Assembly (NCBI GenBank): GCA_016782865.1
Contig: JADHXR010000043.1
Location: forward strand, 14,504 to 46,503
Length of the DNA: 32,000 bases
Reading direction: 5' to 3'
From: Phycisphaerae bacterium
Lineage (GTDB): Bacteria > Planctomycetota > Phycisphaerae > Sedimentisphaerales > Anaerobacaceae
Of the stretch, positions 15,656 to 24,022 are shown piece after piece. The position numbers and the translations under genes are program-made. The notes beneath the pieces are model-generated. The model was not told the origin of the DNA and did no database searches. It worked only from the letters and a program-made list of their open reading frames with translations. Each line of letters opens with the position of its first letter. The first letter of the stretch is position 1.

Positions 15656-16861
15656 ATGTTCGTGACGCATTTAGAGTGCTCCCGATGCGGGGCAACATTT
15701 GAAAGTGAGCAACTGATCAATTTGTGCCGGTGCGGCGCGCCGCTGCTGGTGCGTTATGACTTGGAGCAAGTCAAGGCTCGCCTGGCCAGAGATGACTTGG
15801 CCTCGCGAGCGCCGGATCTCTGGCGATACCGGGAGCTGCTGCCCGTAAGAGAATCCGAGAACATCGTATCGCTGGGCGAAGGCATGACTCCGCTGGTCAG
15901 ACTCAACCGGTTGGGCGCCGAACTGGGTCTGTCGAATCTGTACATGAAAGACGAGGGCCTCCTGCCGACCGGCAGCTTCAAGGCCCGCGGCGCCGCGGTC
16001 GGCGTCTCTCGGGCCAAGGAATTAGGCGTCAAAGCGGTCGCCATGCCCACGAACGGCAACGCAGGCGCCGCGTGGTCGGCGTATTGTGCCCGGGCCGGAA
16101 TCGAGTCGATCGTCGTCATGCCGACCTCAGCGCCGGCGATCCACCGCACCGAATGCGCCGTCACCGGCGCCAAGCTCTACCTCGTGGATGGATTGATCAG
16201 CGATGCAGGCGGGATTGTCGGGCGGGCCGTGACACAGCGAGGATACTACGATGTGTCCACTCTGAAAGAACCCTACCGAATCGAAGGCAAGAAGACGATG
16301 GGGCTGGAGATCGCCGAGCAGTTCGCCTGGAAGTTGCCTGACGTGATTGTATATCCCACCGGCGGAGGCGTCGGAATCATCGGCATCCACAAGGCCCTTG
16401 AGGAGCTGCAGGAGATCGGCTGGATCTCAGAGAAACTGCCCCGCCTGGTAGCCGTGCAGGCCGAAGGCTGCGCACCTATTGTCAAAGCCTGGCGGCAGAA
16501 CAAGCCCGAAGCCGAGTTCTGGCCCGACGCCCGCACGGTGGCGTTCGGCCTGACCGTTCCCAAAGCTATCGGCGACTTCATCGTCCTGCGCGGGCTCTAC
16601 GAAACAGCCGGCTGCGGCGTCGCTGTCTCCGACGCCGATATCCTCAAAGCTGTTAAGACTATTGCTTCCAAAGAAGGACTCTTCATCTGTCCGGAAGGCG
16701 CCGCCACGCTGTGCGCCGCGGCGCAACTGGCAGATGACGGCTGGCTCAAACCCGACGAGACCGTGCTGCTTCTGAATACCGGTTGCGGACTCAAGTATAC
16801 CGAGACGCTGAACGCCGGCGCCCCCCTACTCAAGCCGGGCGATGATCTGCCTGAGCCGTGA
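15656..16861 (+). CDS. thrC: Threonine synthase family PLP enzyme with N-terminal Zn-ribbon
   Basis: N-terminal CSRCG...CRCG ribbon, PLP-lysine motif PTGSFKARGA, and a tryptophan-synthase-beta-like fold along the full length. AAGGAG RBS at 15644-15649. Exact substrate is not resolvable (threonine synthase versus a related beta-replacement enzyme). Confidence 0.75.
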   Translation: MFVTHLECSRCGATFESEQLINLCRCGAPLLVRYDLEQVKARLARDDLASRAPDLWRYRELLPVRESENIVSLGEGMTPLVRLNRLGAELGLSNLYMKDEGLLPTGSFKARGAAVGVSRAKELGVKAVAMPTNGNAGAAWSAYCARAGIESIVVMPTSAPAIHRTECAVTGAKLYLVDGLISDAGGIVGRAVTQRGYYDVSTLKEPYRIEGKKTMGLEIAEQFAWKLPDVIVYPTGGGVGIIGIHKALEELQEIGWISEKLPRLVAVQAEGCAPIVKAWRQNKPEAEFWPDARTVAFGLTVPKAIGDFIVLRGLYETAGCGVAVSDADILKAVKTIASKEGLFICPEGAATLCAAAQLADDGWLKPDETVLLLNTGCGLKYTETLNAGAPLLKPGDDLPEP

Positions 16862-16875
16862 GTGTCGGTATTTGT

Positions 16876-16903
16876 TTGATCCCGGCGGAAAAATCCTTAC
16901 AAT
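16876..16903 (+). promoter_or_regulatory. Candidate sigma-70 promoter for the ABC operon
   Basis: TTGATC-N16-TACAAT (16876-16881 and 16898-16903), about 40 nt upstream of ATG 16945. Motif match only. Confidence 0.3.
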
Positions 16904-16944
16904 GATAGTTTCGGACCGCTCGAGAGTAAACAGGTGATCTCAGT

Positions 16945-17910
16945 ATGGAACTGGCGATTAAAACGGAACGTCTTACGAAGATTTACGGCCAGCGACTCAT
17001 CGCAATCAACGACATGAATCTGGAGGTGCCCTGTGGTTCGGTCTTCGGACTGCTGGGCCCCAACGGCGCGGGCAAGACGACTACCGTGCGCCTTCTATTG
17101 GGATTGCAGCGCCCTACGGCGGGCCGGGCGATGGTCTTCGACAAGCCGTGCGGCCCCAACGCTGTCGGTGTCCGCTCTCAGATCGGCTATCTGCCTACCA
17201 ATCCCAAGCTGCCGGGCAACCTGCGCCCCATCGAATATCTGGACCTTCTCGGCAAGCTGTGTCGATTGCCAGGCGAGGTTCGCAAGCCGCGCATATCCGC
17301 TCTGATCCGCGCCGTTGGTCTGCTTGGGGCAACCGATCAACGAATCCGGACCTTCTCCACGGGCATGTGCACCAGGCTGGGGATCGCCGCGTCGCTTGTT
17401 GCCGACCCGCCGCTATTGCTCTGGGACGAGCCCACTGCCGGCCTGGATCCTTCGGCCAGGCGATTCACGCTTGATCTGATCCGAGAGCTGGGAAAAACCA
17501 AGACCGTGGTCGTCGCCACTCACATCCTCAGTGACATCGATCAGATCTGCGACCACCTCGGAGTAATGCACGAAGGGCGCATGATTTTCACCGGCTCCAT
17601 GCAGGACATGAAACAGCGGCTATGCCAGCACGATTTCAGCCTGGAGCTGGAAGGCGCCCCCGATGACGTGCAGGCTCTGGCTCAAAAAGTCACGGCCCTC
17701 AAAGGCATCGACGCACACACCGACGCCGATCACGCATTGCTGGTGCGCATCGCCGACGATTACAGCCGCCCGGCAGCGCTGGCCGAGGTCCTGAAGCTCA
17801 TCGACGCAAGCAATCTGGCGCTGAAGGCCATCCATTCGGGTCAAAACGCCACCGAGAACGCTTATCTGCAACTGCTGCAAGAGGACGAGGCCCATGGGTT
17901 CCAACGTTAA
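16945..17910 (+). CDS. ABC transporter ATP-binding protein
   Basis: Walker A GPNGAGKTT, degenerate signature FSTGMCTRLGIA, Walker B LLLWDEPTAGLD, and H-loop VVATHIL. Confidence 0.9.
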   Translation: MELAIKTERLTKIYGQRLIAINDMNLEVPCGSVFGLLGPNGAGKTTTVRLLLGLQRPTAGRAMVFDKPCGPNAVGVRSQIGYLPTNPKLPGNLRPIEYLDLLGKLCRLPGEVRKPRISALIRAVGLLGATDQRIRTFSTGMCTRLGIAASLVADPPLLLWDEPTAGLDPSARRFTLDLIRELGKTKTVVVATHILSDIDQICDHLGVMHEGRMIFTGSMQDMKQRLCQHDFSLELEGAPDDVQALAQKVTALKGIDAHTDADHALLVRIADDYSRPAALAEVLKLIDASNLALKAIHSGQNATENAYLQLLQEDEAHGFQR

Positions 17911-18808
17911 GACTCCAAAGCTCGGCACGCGAATGATGCCCTATTTAGCGATTCTCCGTCATGACATGCGAACCCTCCAGGCAAGTCGCCTGGTCCGTCT
18001 CTGGCTGGGGGCCACCGCACTTCTGACGCTGCTGCTGACCGGCTCGAACTGGGCCAACTTCCAGGACGGCACACTGATCGCGTCACTTCTGTTTCCCTAC
18101 CTGGTCTTCCCATGGTTTCTCGTCGTCGTGGTGCTCGGAGTCACCCCGGTCTCGGGGGCGCAAACCGAAACGCTTGCCGACGGAATCCTGAGCCGGCCCG
18201 TGAGCCGCCTGGAATATCTGCTTGCCACCTGGTCGGCGCGAGTCGTGCTCGTGCTGGGCGTCTACCTCGTAGTGACAGTCCCGGCGATCGTTCTGATAAT
18301 GCTGGCAAAGCGCCCCGTGCCGGCCGACACGGTGACTATCTATGGAATCGCCACCTCCCTTGGAGTCGTGGGACTTGTGCTTACCTTCCTGGTGTCACTG
18401 GGATTTCTCGCCGGGACCGTGCTGCAAAAGCCCCTGCTCGCGGTGGTCGTGCTGATCTTCATCTGGTACCCAATAGGCCTGATCCTGAGCATCTTCTCAT
18501 TGGAGGAGTTCTCGCCCATCAGCCTGAACCGGGCGATCTCCACACAGCTTCGCCAGAGCTGGCGGCAGAGCGACGAGGCAAAGGGCAAAACGAAGCCGGA
18601 GGACGCCTATGCGTTCACCGATCAGATGTCCAACTTCTTTAACGTTCTATCCGGCACCCAGTCCGAGCCAAAAGCGGCCAAACCCGATTTCTTCGAGGGC
18701 CAGAAATTCGACGATTTCTCGCTGCTGCGAGTAACTTTGGGGTACGGCCTGCCAACCCTGGCGTCGGTCTTCCTGGCGGCCCTGAGCTTCTATTGGCGCG
18801 ATTTGTAA
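17894..18808 (+). CDS. ABC-2-type transporter permease
   Basis: Five to six hydrophobic helices directly following the ATPase, with a 17-nt overlap if ATG 17894 is used (alternative ATGs at 17933/17936). A hydrophilic insert (SWRQSDEAKGKTKPEDAY...) precedes the last helix. I recognise no specific family motif. Confidence 0.7.
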   Translation: MGSNVKTPKLGTRMMPYLAILRHDMRTLQASRLVRLWLGATALLTLLLTGSNWANFQDGTLIASLLFPYLVFPWFLVVVVLGVTPVSGAQTETLADGILSRPVSRLEYLLATWSARVVLVLGVYLVVTVPAIVLIMLAKRPVPADTVTIYGIATSLGVVGLVLTFLVSLGFLAGTVLQKPLLAVVVLIFIWYPIGLILSIFSLEEFSPISLNRAISTQLRQSWRQSDEAKGKTKPEDAYAFTDQMSNFFNVLSGTQSEPKAAKPDFFEGQKFDDFSLLRVTLGYGLPTLASVFLAALSFYWRDL

Positions 18809-18894
18809 CATTACGCCCTTGCGAGGAGTGTCGTCAATATCCTATAATTACACGGTTGACATCTTTTGCTTTCAAAGCAGAAAGGGGCAGGACC

Positions 18895-21800
18895 ATGCAC
18901 CACTCAAAGAAGTCATCACAGCATCCGCTCGGAGCAACTCTCACCATGACCATAGCTGGTAGGATGGGCAACTTGTTGCCCATGCTGCTAATTGCTACGT
19001 GCTCCGCATGGGCAACAAGTTGCCCATCCTACGATCTTTTGGCAATCATGACAAGTCAGTTGACCACGGCCACCCAGGAGGCAGACGCCGGCGACAATGC
19101 ATTGGCTCGCAAGCTCGTTGATATGGGCGGCGTCGATCGGGGGCTCTGCGCCGTCATCGGGGGCCGGCACGATCTGCCGGTGCGGATCGCACGGTGCAGC
19201 AACCTGCTCGTGCACGTGCGCGAGCCCGACCCCAGCATAGTTGCCATACAGAGGCGCCTGGCCGAAGAGGCGGGCCTCGGCATAGACCGGCTTATCATTG
19301 AGCAAGGCAGCCTGGACAAATTACCTTATGCCGACAACATGGTCGACCTAGTCATCGCAACACGCGCCGATGCCGGTACGCTTGCTCGCCTGAGTGTCTC
19401 CGAGGTGCTCCGGGTATTGATCCCCGAAGGCACGGCGATTATCGCCGCGACGGGCGGGACCACTTTGGAGCAACTTCGCAAATGGGTCCGGGCCGGCAAG
19501 GCAGGGAACGTCAAATTCATACAAACTGACGGAGGTGTGTGGCTGCACTTTTCAAAGCTTCCGCTGGAAGGCGCCGACGATTGGTCTCATTGGGAGCACG
19601 CTCCGGACAACAATCCCGTCTCCGCCGACCAGGTCATCAAGGCGCCGTACATGACGCAGTTCCTGGCCGAGCCGTACTACATTGGAATGCCCGCGATCAC
19701 GACGGCGGCCGGCGGGCGCACCTTCCTGGCTACAGGACACATCGCCCATCATGTTCGCGAGTGGGACATGGTCAACAAGCTGATCGCCCGCAACGGCTAC
19801 AACGGCACCGTGCTCTGGCAGCGCGACCTTCCCGACGGGTATCTCGCGCATCGCTCGGCGTTCGTCGCCACCAAAGACATCTTCTATATGCTCGACGGTG
19901 ACGGCTGCCTCATGCTCGACACGCGGAGCGGCGCCGAAAAAGGACGCATCCAGATCCCCGGCCTCGAAGGCGACTGGAAGTGGATGGCGATGAAGGACGG
20001 CGTCCTCTACGCAATGGCCGGCGACGAGAAAGGCGAGGCCAAGATCATAAAAGGAGACCGCAACTTCGGCGGCTGGAGCTGGGCCGACCTCAGCGTCGGA
20101 TACTACGCCAAGCCGAGGGTCCCCTGGGGATTCGGCAACAAACTGGCGGCATACAAGCTCGATGACAAGCGCGTGATTTGGGAGCACACCGAAGATGCCC
20201 TGATCGACTCGCGCGCACTGACCATGCGTGACAACAAGCTCTTTCTGTATTGCCCGACCAGTCATATGCGCAGTTTGAACACCGAAACAGGGGACACCGA
20301 ATGGACCAACAGCAGCTATGAGACCCTGAACCTCATCGAAGAGCCCGGACGCGGGCTGGTTTCGACGCCCGGATTCCGCAGCGCATGTATCGCCGTGGCG
20401 GGCCCAGAGTCGGTTATCATTCAGGGGCAGACCCGGATGAACGTAATAGCCGTCTCGGCCAAGAACGGCGAGCTGCTCTGGCAGAAAAAGAAAATCACCA
20501 ATAACCCGAACGCCATCTTCCTCGACGACCAGGCCGTACTCGGCGTCGGCCCTGGGAGCCAGCACGTGGCCATCGATCCTGTCACAGGCTCGGTGCTTGA
20601 TAATTACAAGTTCCGCAAGGCCGCCTGCACCCGCCTGACCGCCACGCCCGACTCGCTGTTTGTTCGCGGCGAGGGAACGCTTCGTTTCGACCGAGCAAGT
20701 AAGAAAGTCTTGGTCGACGGCGGGGTCCGGCCCGCCTGCAACGACGGCGCACTTGCCGCAAACGGCATGCTCTACATCGGCCCCTGGGCCTGCGATTGCA
20801 ACCTGTCCTTGATCGGAGCGATGGCCAAATGCTCGGCGGGAGACTTCCGCTTCGACCACGTAGCCACCGAAGCCGAGCGGCTACAGACCGAGAGAGATTT
20901 TGAAAAGGTCGCGCCGTTGGAAGTCACAGCAGCCGACTGGCCCACCTATCGGGCGAACAATCAGCGCACGAGTTCGACGAGCGCCAGACTCGCAAGGCCG
21001 GACGCTCCAGATCGAACGCGTCCGGCGGCTTCCTGGACGAACACTGCGAAACGACCGCACGTACCGACCGCCCCGACCTCGGCGGGCGGACTTGTCTTCG
21101 TTGCCGGCCAATGCGGCAGGGTCCGTGCCCTCGACGCCCGCACGGGAGAGGTTCGCTGGATCTTCGCCACAGGCGGCCCAATTAAGGCGCCGCCCACCAT
21201 CGCCGAATCCCGGGCTTACGTCGGCAGCGGTGACGGACATGTCTACGCCCTCGAAGCCGCCACCGGGCGCCTGCTCTGGCGCTTCCGTGCGGCTCCTCTC
21301 GAGCGGCACATTATGGTCTACGGCAATCTCTGCTCCACCTGGCCCGTCAACACCGGCGTGCTGGTCGCCGACGGCGTCGCATATTTCGCCGCGGGGATCA
21401 TTGACGGTGACGGCACCTATGTTTATGCTCTCGACGCTAAGACGGGCAAGATCAAATGGCAGAACAATTCGTCCGGGCACCTGAATCCTGAGCTGCGCAA
21501 GGGCGTTTCGGCCCAGGGTACTCTCGCGATCCAGGGCAATCAACTGCTGATGGCCGGCGGCAACCAGGTCAGCCCGGCCAGCTTCGACATCAAGACGGGT
21601 AAGTGCCTCAACCAGAGTTTCGCCCAGGGAAATCCCAAGGCCAATCACGGCAAGTTCGTCGGCGTCTTTCTCGGCGATCACGCAATCGCCGGCGGCAGGG
21701 CCCTCTATGCCTCGGCCGAGAATGTTGCCAACAAGGACAGCTTCGTCGTTCACAACGGCAGGCGTTTGGTGCCGATGAACTTCGGAGGGATCCCGCCGGC

Positions 21801-22335
21801 CTGGAGTGACGAGACCGTCGCGCTGGTAAACTTCCGCGACGGCAAACTGATCTGCTGTGACGGTGACAAAGCAGTCGAACGAATCGAGAAGGGACTGCCC
21901 GCGACCGCCACACCGGCACAGCGCCGATGGCTCGGTCTGGCTGATGCCCTCAAAAGCGACAACGGCGTCCGATGGGCCACCGATCTGGATCAGAAGGAAT
22001 TCGAGGTGGTGTCCCTCGCCGTCTGCCCAACCTCGGTGGCAGCCGTTGTGAAGTATCAGGACCGGGCTCGTGCGCATCCCGAGTGGTTTCTGGTTGCCGT
22101 CAATTCCGAGAACGGCACGCCCTACTGGTTCTGGCGCTACCCGCTGGCGTCCAAGCCTCTGCCGGGCGGACTGCTGGTCGGCAGAGACGGTCAGATCGTT
22201 TTGACAATGCTCAACGGCGACGTCCAAAGCTTCGGACCGCAACGAGCAAGGCCGGCCCAGCCGGACAGAATCCCAGCGAGACGCCCCGCGCCGGCGCGAC
22301 CCGGAGCAGGGCGACCTGGCGCAGCACGAGATTAG
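18895..22335 (+). CDS. Large methyltransferase-like / PQQ-type beta-propeller repeat protein (BamB-like repeats)
   Basis: ATG 18895 is preceded by AAAGGGG. There is a signal-peptide-like segment (MGNLLPMLLIATCSAWA). A class-I-methyltransferase-like domain follows (GLCAVIGG...LLVHVREPD...LPYADNMVDLVI...VLRVLIPEGTAII), then DWSHWEHAPDNNPVS. After that come repeated propeller blades (VLWQRDL, GELLWQKK, GEVRWIFATGGPI, GRLLWRFRA, GKIKWQNN). The tail is Pro/Arg-rich. An alternative start at ATG 19048 would remove the signal peptide. Confidence 0.8.
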   Translation: MHHSKKSSQHPLGATLTMTIAGRMGNLLPMLLIATCSAWATSCPSYDLLAIMTSQLTTATQEADAGDNALARKLVDMGGVDRGLCAVIGGRHDLPVRIARCSNLLVHVREPDPSIVAIQRRLAEEAGLGIDRLIIEQGSLDKLPYADNMVDLVIATRADAGTLARLSVSEVLRVLIPEGTAIIAATGGTTLEQLRKWVRAGKAGNVKFIQTDGGVWLHFSKLPLEGADDWSHWEHAPDNNPVSADQVIKAPYMTQFLAEPYYIGMPAITTAAGGRTFLATGHIAHHVREWDMVNKLIARNGYNGTVLWQRDLPDGYLAHRSAFVATKDIFYMLDGDGCLMLDTRSGAEKGRIQIPGLEGDWKWMAMKDGVLYAMAGDEKGEAKIIKGDRNFGGWSWADLSVGYYAKPRVPWGFGNKLAAYKLDDKRVIWEHTEDALIDSRALTMRDNKLFLYCPTSHMRSLNTETGDTEWTNSSYETLNLIEEPGRGLVSTPGFRSACIAVAGPESVIIQGQTRMNVIAVSAKNGELLWQKKKITNNPNAIFLDDQAVLGVGPGSQHVAIDPVTGSVLDNYKFRKAACTRLTATPDSLFVRGEGTLRFDRASKKVLVDGGVRPACNDGALAANGMLYIGPWACDCNLSLIGAMAKCSAGDFRFDHVATEAERLQTERDFEKVAPLEVTAADWPTYRANNQRTSSTSARLARPDAPDRTRPAASWTNTAKRPHVPTAPTSAGGLVFVAGQCGRVRALDARTGEVRWIFATGGPIKAPPTIAESRAYVGSGDGHVYALEAATGRLLWRFRAAPLERHIMVYGNLCSTWPVNTGVLVADGVAYFAAGIIDGDGTYVYALDAKTGKIKWQNNSSGHLNPELRKGVSAQGTLAIQGNQLLMAGGNQVSPASFDIKTGKCLNQSFAQGNPKANHGKFVGVFLGDHAIAGGRALYASAENVANKDSFVVHNGRRLVPMNFGGIPPAWSDETVALVNFRDGKLICCDGDKAVERIEKGLPATATPAQRRWLGLADALKSDNGVRWATDLDQKEFEVVSLAVCPTSVAAVVKYQDRARAHPEWFLVAVNSENGTPYWFWRYPLASKPLPGGLLVGRDGQIVLTMLNGDVQSFGPQRARPAQPDRIPARRPAPARPGAGRPGAARD
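18959..19032. repeat. Perfect 27-bp inverted repeat with 20-nt spacer
   Basis: GTAGGATGGGCAACTTGTTGCCCATGC (18959-18985) is the exact reverse complement of GCATGGGCAACAAGTTGCCCATCCTAC (19006-19032). Each arm is itself a near-palindrome (ATGGGCAA-NNNN-TTGCCCAT). The repeat lies in-frame inside the putative signal-peptide codons. Confidence 0.95.
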
Positions 22336-22375
22336 CAAGGGCAGCGGATATGCTACATAGTATATTGAGCGGTAG

Positions 22376-22393
22376 GGTGCGATATATCGCACC
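22376..22393. terminator. Perfect 18-bp palindrome between convergent genes (candidate bidirectional terminator)
   Basis: GGTGCGATATATCGCACC lies between the stop of the + strand propeller gene (22335) and the stop of the - strand orphan (22401). There is no U-tract, so a terminator role is inferred from position only. It is flanked by ATATGCTACATAG (22348-22360) and TTATGCTACCTAG (22396-22408). Confidence 0.35.
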
Positions 22394-22400
22394 AATTATG

Positions 22401-23807
22401 CTACCTAGCTCTTGTATGTTGTCGTAGGCCTTCTGCGAAGTCGATGTTGGAAACTCTGATGAAATTCTCCCGCATTTTCTGTGAGGGCACAGACAGTTCG
22501 ATAGGAATTGTATTGTTGAATATGCAGACGACTGTTCCTGACAGAACCTCACTATTTGGGGGGATTATATCAAACCTTACATGGACGTATTCGATTTGTT
22601 GGAGAAACGATAGCGGTTGCTTGAAAGCCTTGTCGGTTGCCTCCATAGCTAAATTGCTGGAATACCGCACTTCACCCATGCCCGTTTGCTTCGCCGTAGA
22701 TCCGACAGACGACAGTGTGAGTAGAGCTTCTGTGCCTTTTCCAAATGCCAGAACGGCACCATTGTACGGGTGGCGAGCGTTCACCTGCTCTTCAGACCGA
22801 ATGGTTATTTCGACTTTCGCGGTGGTGGTGACAATCCGTTGATCCTCGACCATCTCCATTTGTCCTCTGTTTCTCTGCTGCTGACCGGCAAGGCGGTGAC
22901 AGAAAGCCACAATGCTGTCAAATTTCTCGACTGTTGTACCGAGAGCGGTGAGGACAATAACGACTAGAATTGCGATGCTTATGACAGGATGATTCTTCGC
23001 CCGCCTAACCAATCCGTCAAAAGTAGTTTCGGACACAATTTTGGCTGTCTGTTCCTTCTGTTGTGGTAATCGCACGTTCGCCCATTTGGCCACATCTTCT
23101 TCGACAGTTTTAAGAAGTGCTCTCAACCAGCCTTCCATGTGTGGTTCAAGTTCGGACATACTCTCACGAAGAGCGTGAAAAAAGATACACCTTTCCGCGT
23201 TTGAAAGTGCATCAGGTTTGTGCCAATCATCCGAACCAGGCCACTGCCAGGGCGTGGGGTCCTGTGTTCCCTTACGACCGTAGTCATAGACTCCGGCAAG
23301 GATCGTATACTTCTCGGCCAGGGAAAGCTCGTGCTCGCGGTTCAAGGGTAAGATGTGCTTGACCTCCGGTGTTGCTGAAGTTGATAATTCGGGCGGGACC
23401 CAGCCCCAAATCGGGTTGGAAGTGTGCTTCAAATGCGATCCCGATTCTTGCACGGTGCGTTGTACATGCAGTTCAAATTTCCAGCCCTCTTCCGAGGGGG
23501 CTGCGTGTTTGTCCTGTAAACCGACATCCGTTGCTACGGTTTCTTCAAAATATGTTCTTCTTCGTTTCTCCCATTCCATACGTTTCCTAATCTCAGCCTC
23601 ATGTTCCTCCGCCCACAGATTGACCATTTCTTGAAAACGCGGCATGGCATTGTATTTCTGGATGATTTTGTAAATGTCCAGTGCCAGAATACCTACCCAG
23701 TTTGGAATGTCCTTGCTAATATTGTACCTTTCTTCCCGCCAGTATTCTCGGCAACAATGATACATCGGCAAGCCACCGTTGTCCATCCGAGAATAACTTA
23801 CTTCCAC
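22401..23807 (-). CDS. Hypothetical protein with one central TM helix (orphan)
   Basis: 468-codon ORF in a lower-GC stretch. It has a single hydrophobic helix (PVISIAILVVIVLTALGTTV) near the middle and no motif I recognise. The start is uncertain (GTG 23807, ATG 23786 or ATG 23765). Confidence 0.6.
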   Translation of the reverse strand: MEVSYSRMDNGGLPMYHCCREYWREERYNISKDIPNWVGILALDIYKIIQKYNAMPRFQEMVNLWAEEHEAEIRKRMEWEKRRRTYFEETVATDVGLQDKHAAPSEEGWKFELHVQRTVQESGSHLKHTSNPIWGWVPPELSTSATPEVKHILPLNREHELSLAEKYTILAGVYDYGRKGTQDPTPWQWPGSDDWHKPDALSNAERCIFFHALRESMSELEPHMEGWLRALLKTVEEDVAKWANVRLPQQKEQTAKIVSETTFDGLVRRAKNHPVISIAILVVIVLTALGTTVEKFDSIVAFCHRLAGQQQRNRGQMEMVEDQRIVTTTAKVEITIRSEEQVNARHPYNGAVLAFGKGTEALLTLSSVGSTAKQTGMGEVRYSSNLAMEATDKAFKQPLSFLQQIEYVHVRFDIIPPNSEVLSGTVVCIFNNTIPIELSVPSQKMRENFIRVSNIDFAEGLRQHTRAR

Positions 23808-23938
23808 GCTTGAAATGCCTCCGCAGAATTATGGCAGGTTGTAGCACAGTATCGGTTTTTGTGGGTGAGCCATTCAGTACGTTGGCCTATTTCTTGGTAT
23901 CTCGGGTAAGACGGTTCGCAGAGTCGAAGGCTGCGGAC

Positions 23939-23967
23939 TTGACGCAGCGAATCCCGTTAACTACAAT
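23939..23967 (+). promoter_or_regulatory. Candidate sigma-70 promoter for the glycosidase pair
   Basis: TTGACG-N17-TACAAT (23939-23944 and 23962-23967), about 55 nt upstream of ATG 24023, which is preceded by AAAGGACGAGG. Confidence 0.5.
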
Positions 23968-24022
23968 TACCTTGCGTTGTGTTTGAGCAGTTCCACGATT
24001 TTCTACCGAAAGGACGAGGCAA

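Noticed and set aside
19552-22395. 435-aa and 504-aa minus-strand ORFs opposite the propeller gene
   Set aside because: These are shadow ORFs in a ~65% GC gene. Their translations are Arg/Gly/Ala-rich with no motifs, whereas the + frame has repeated propeller-blade signatures.
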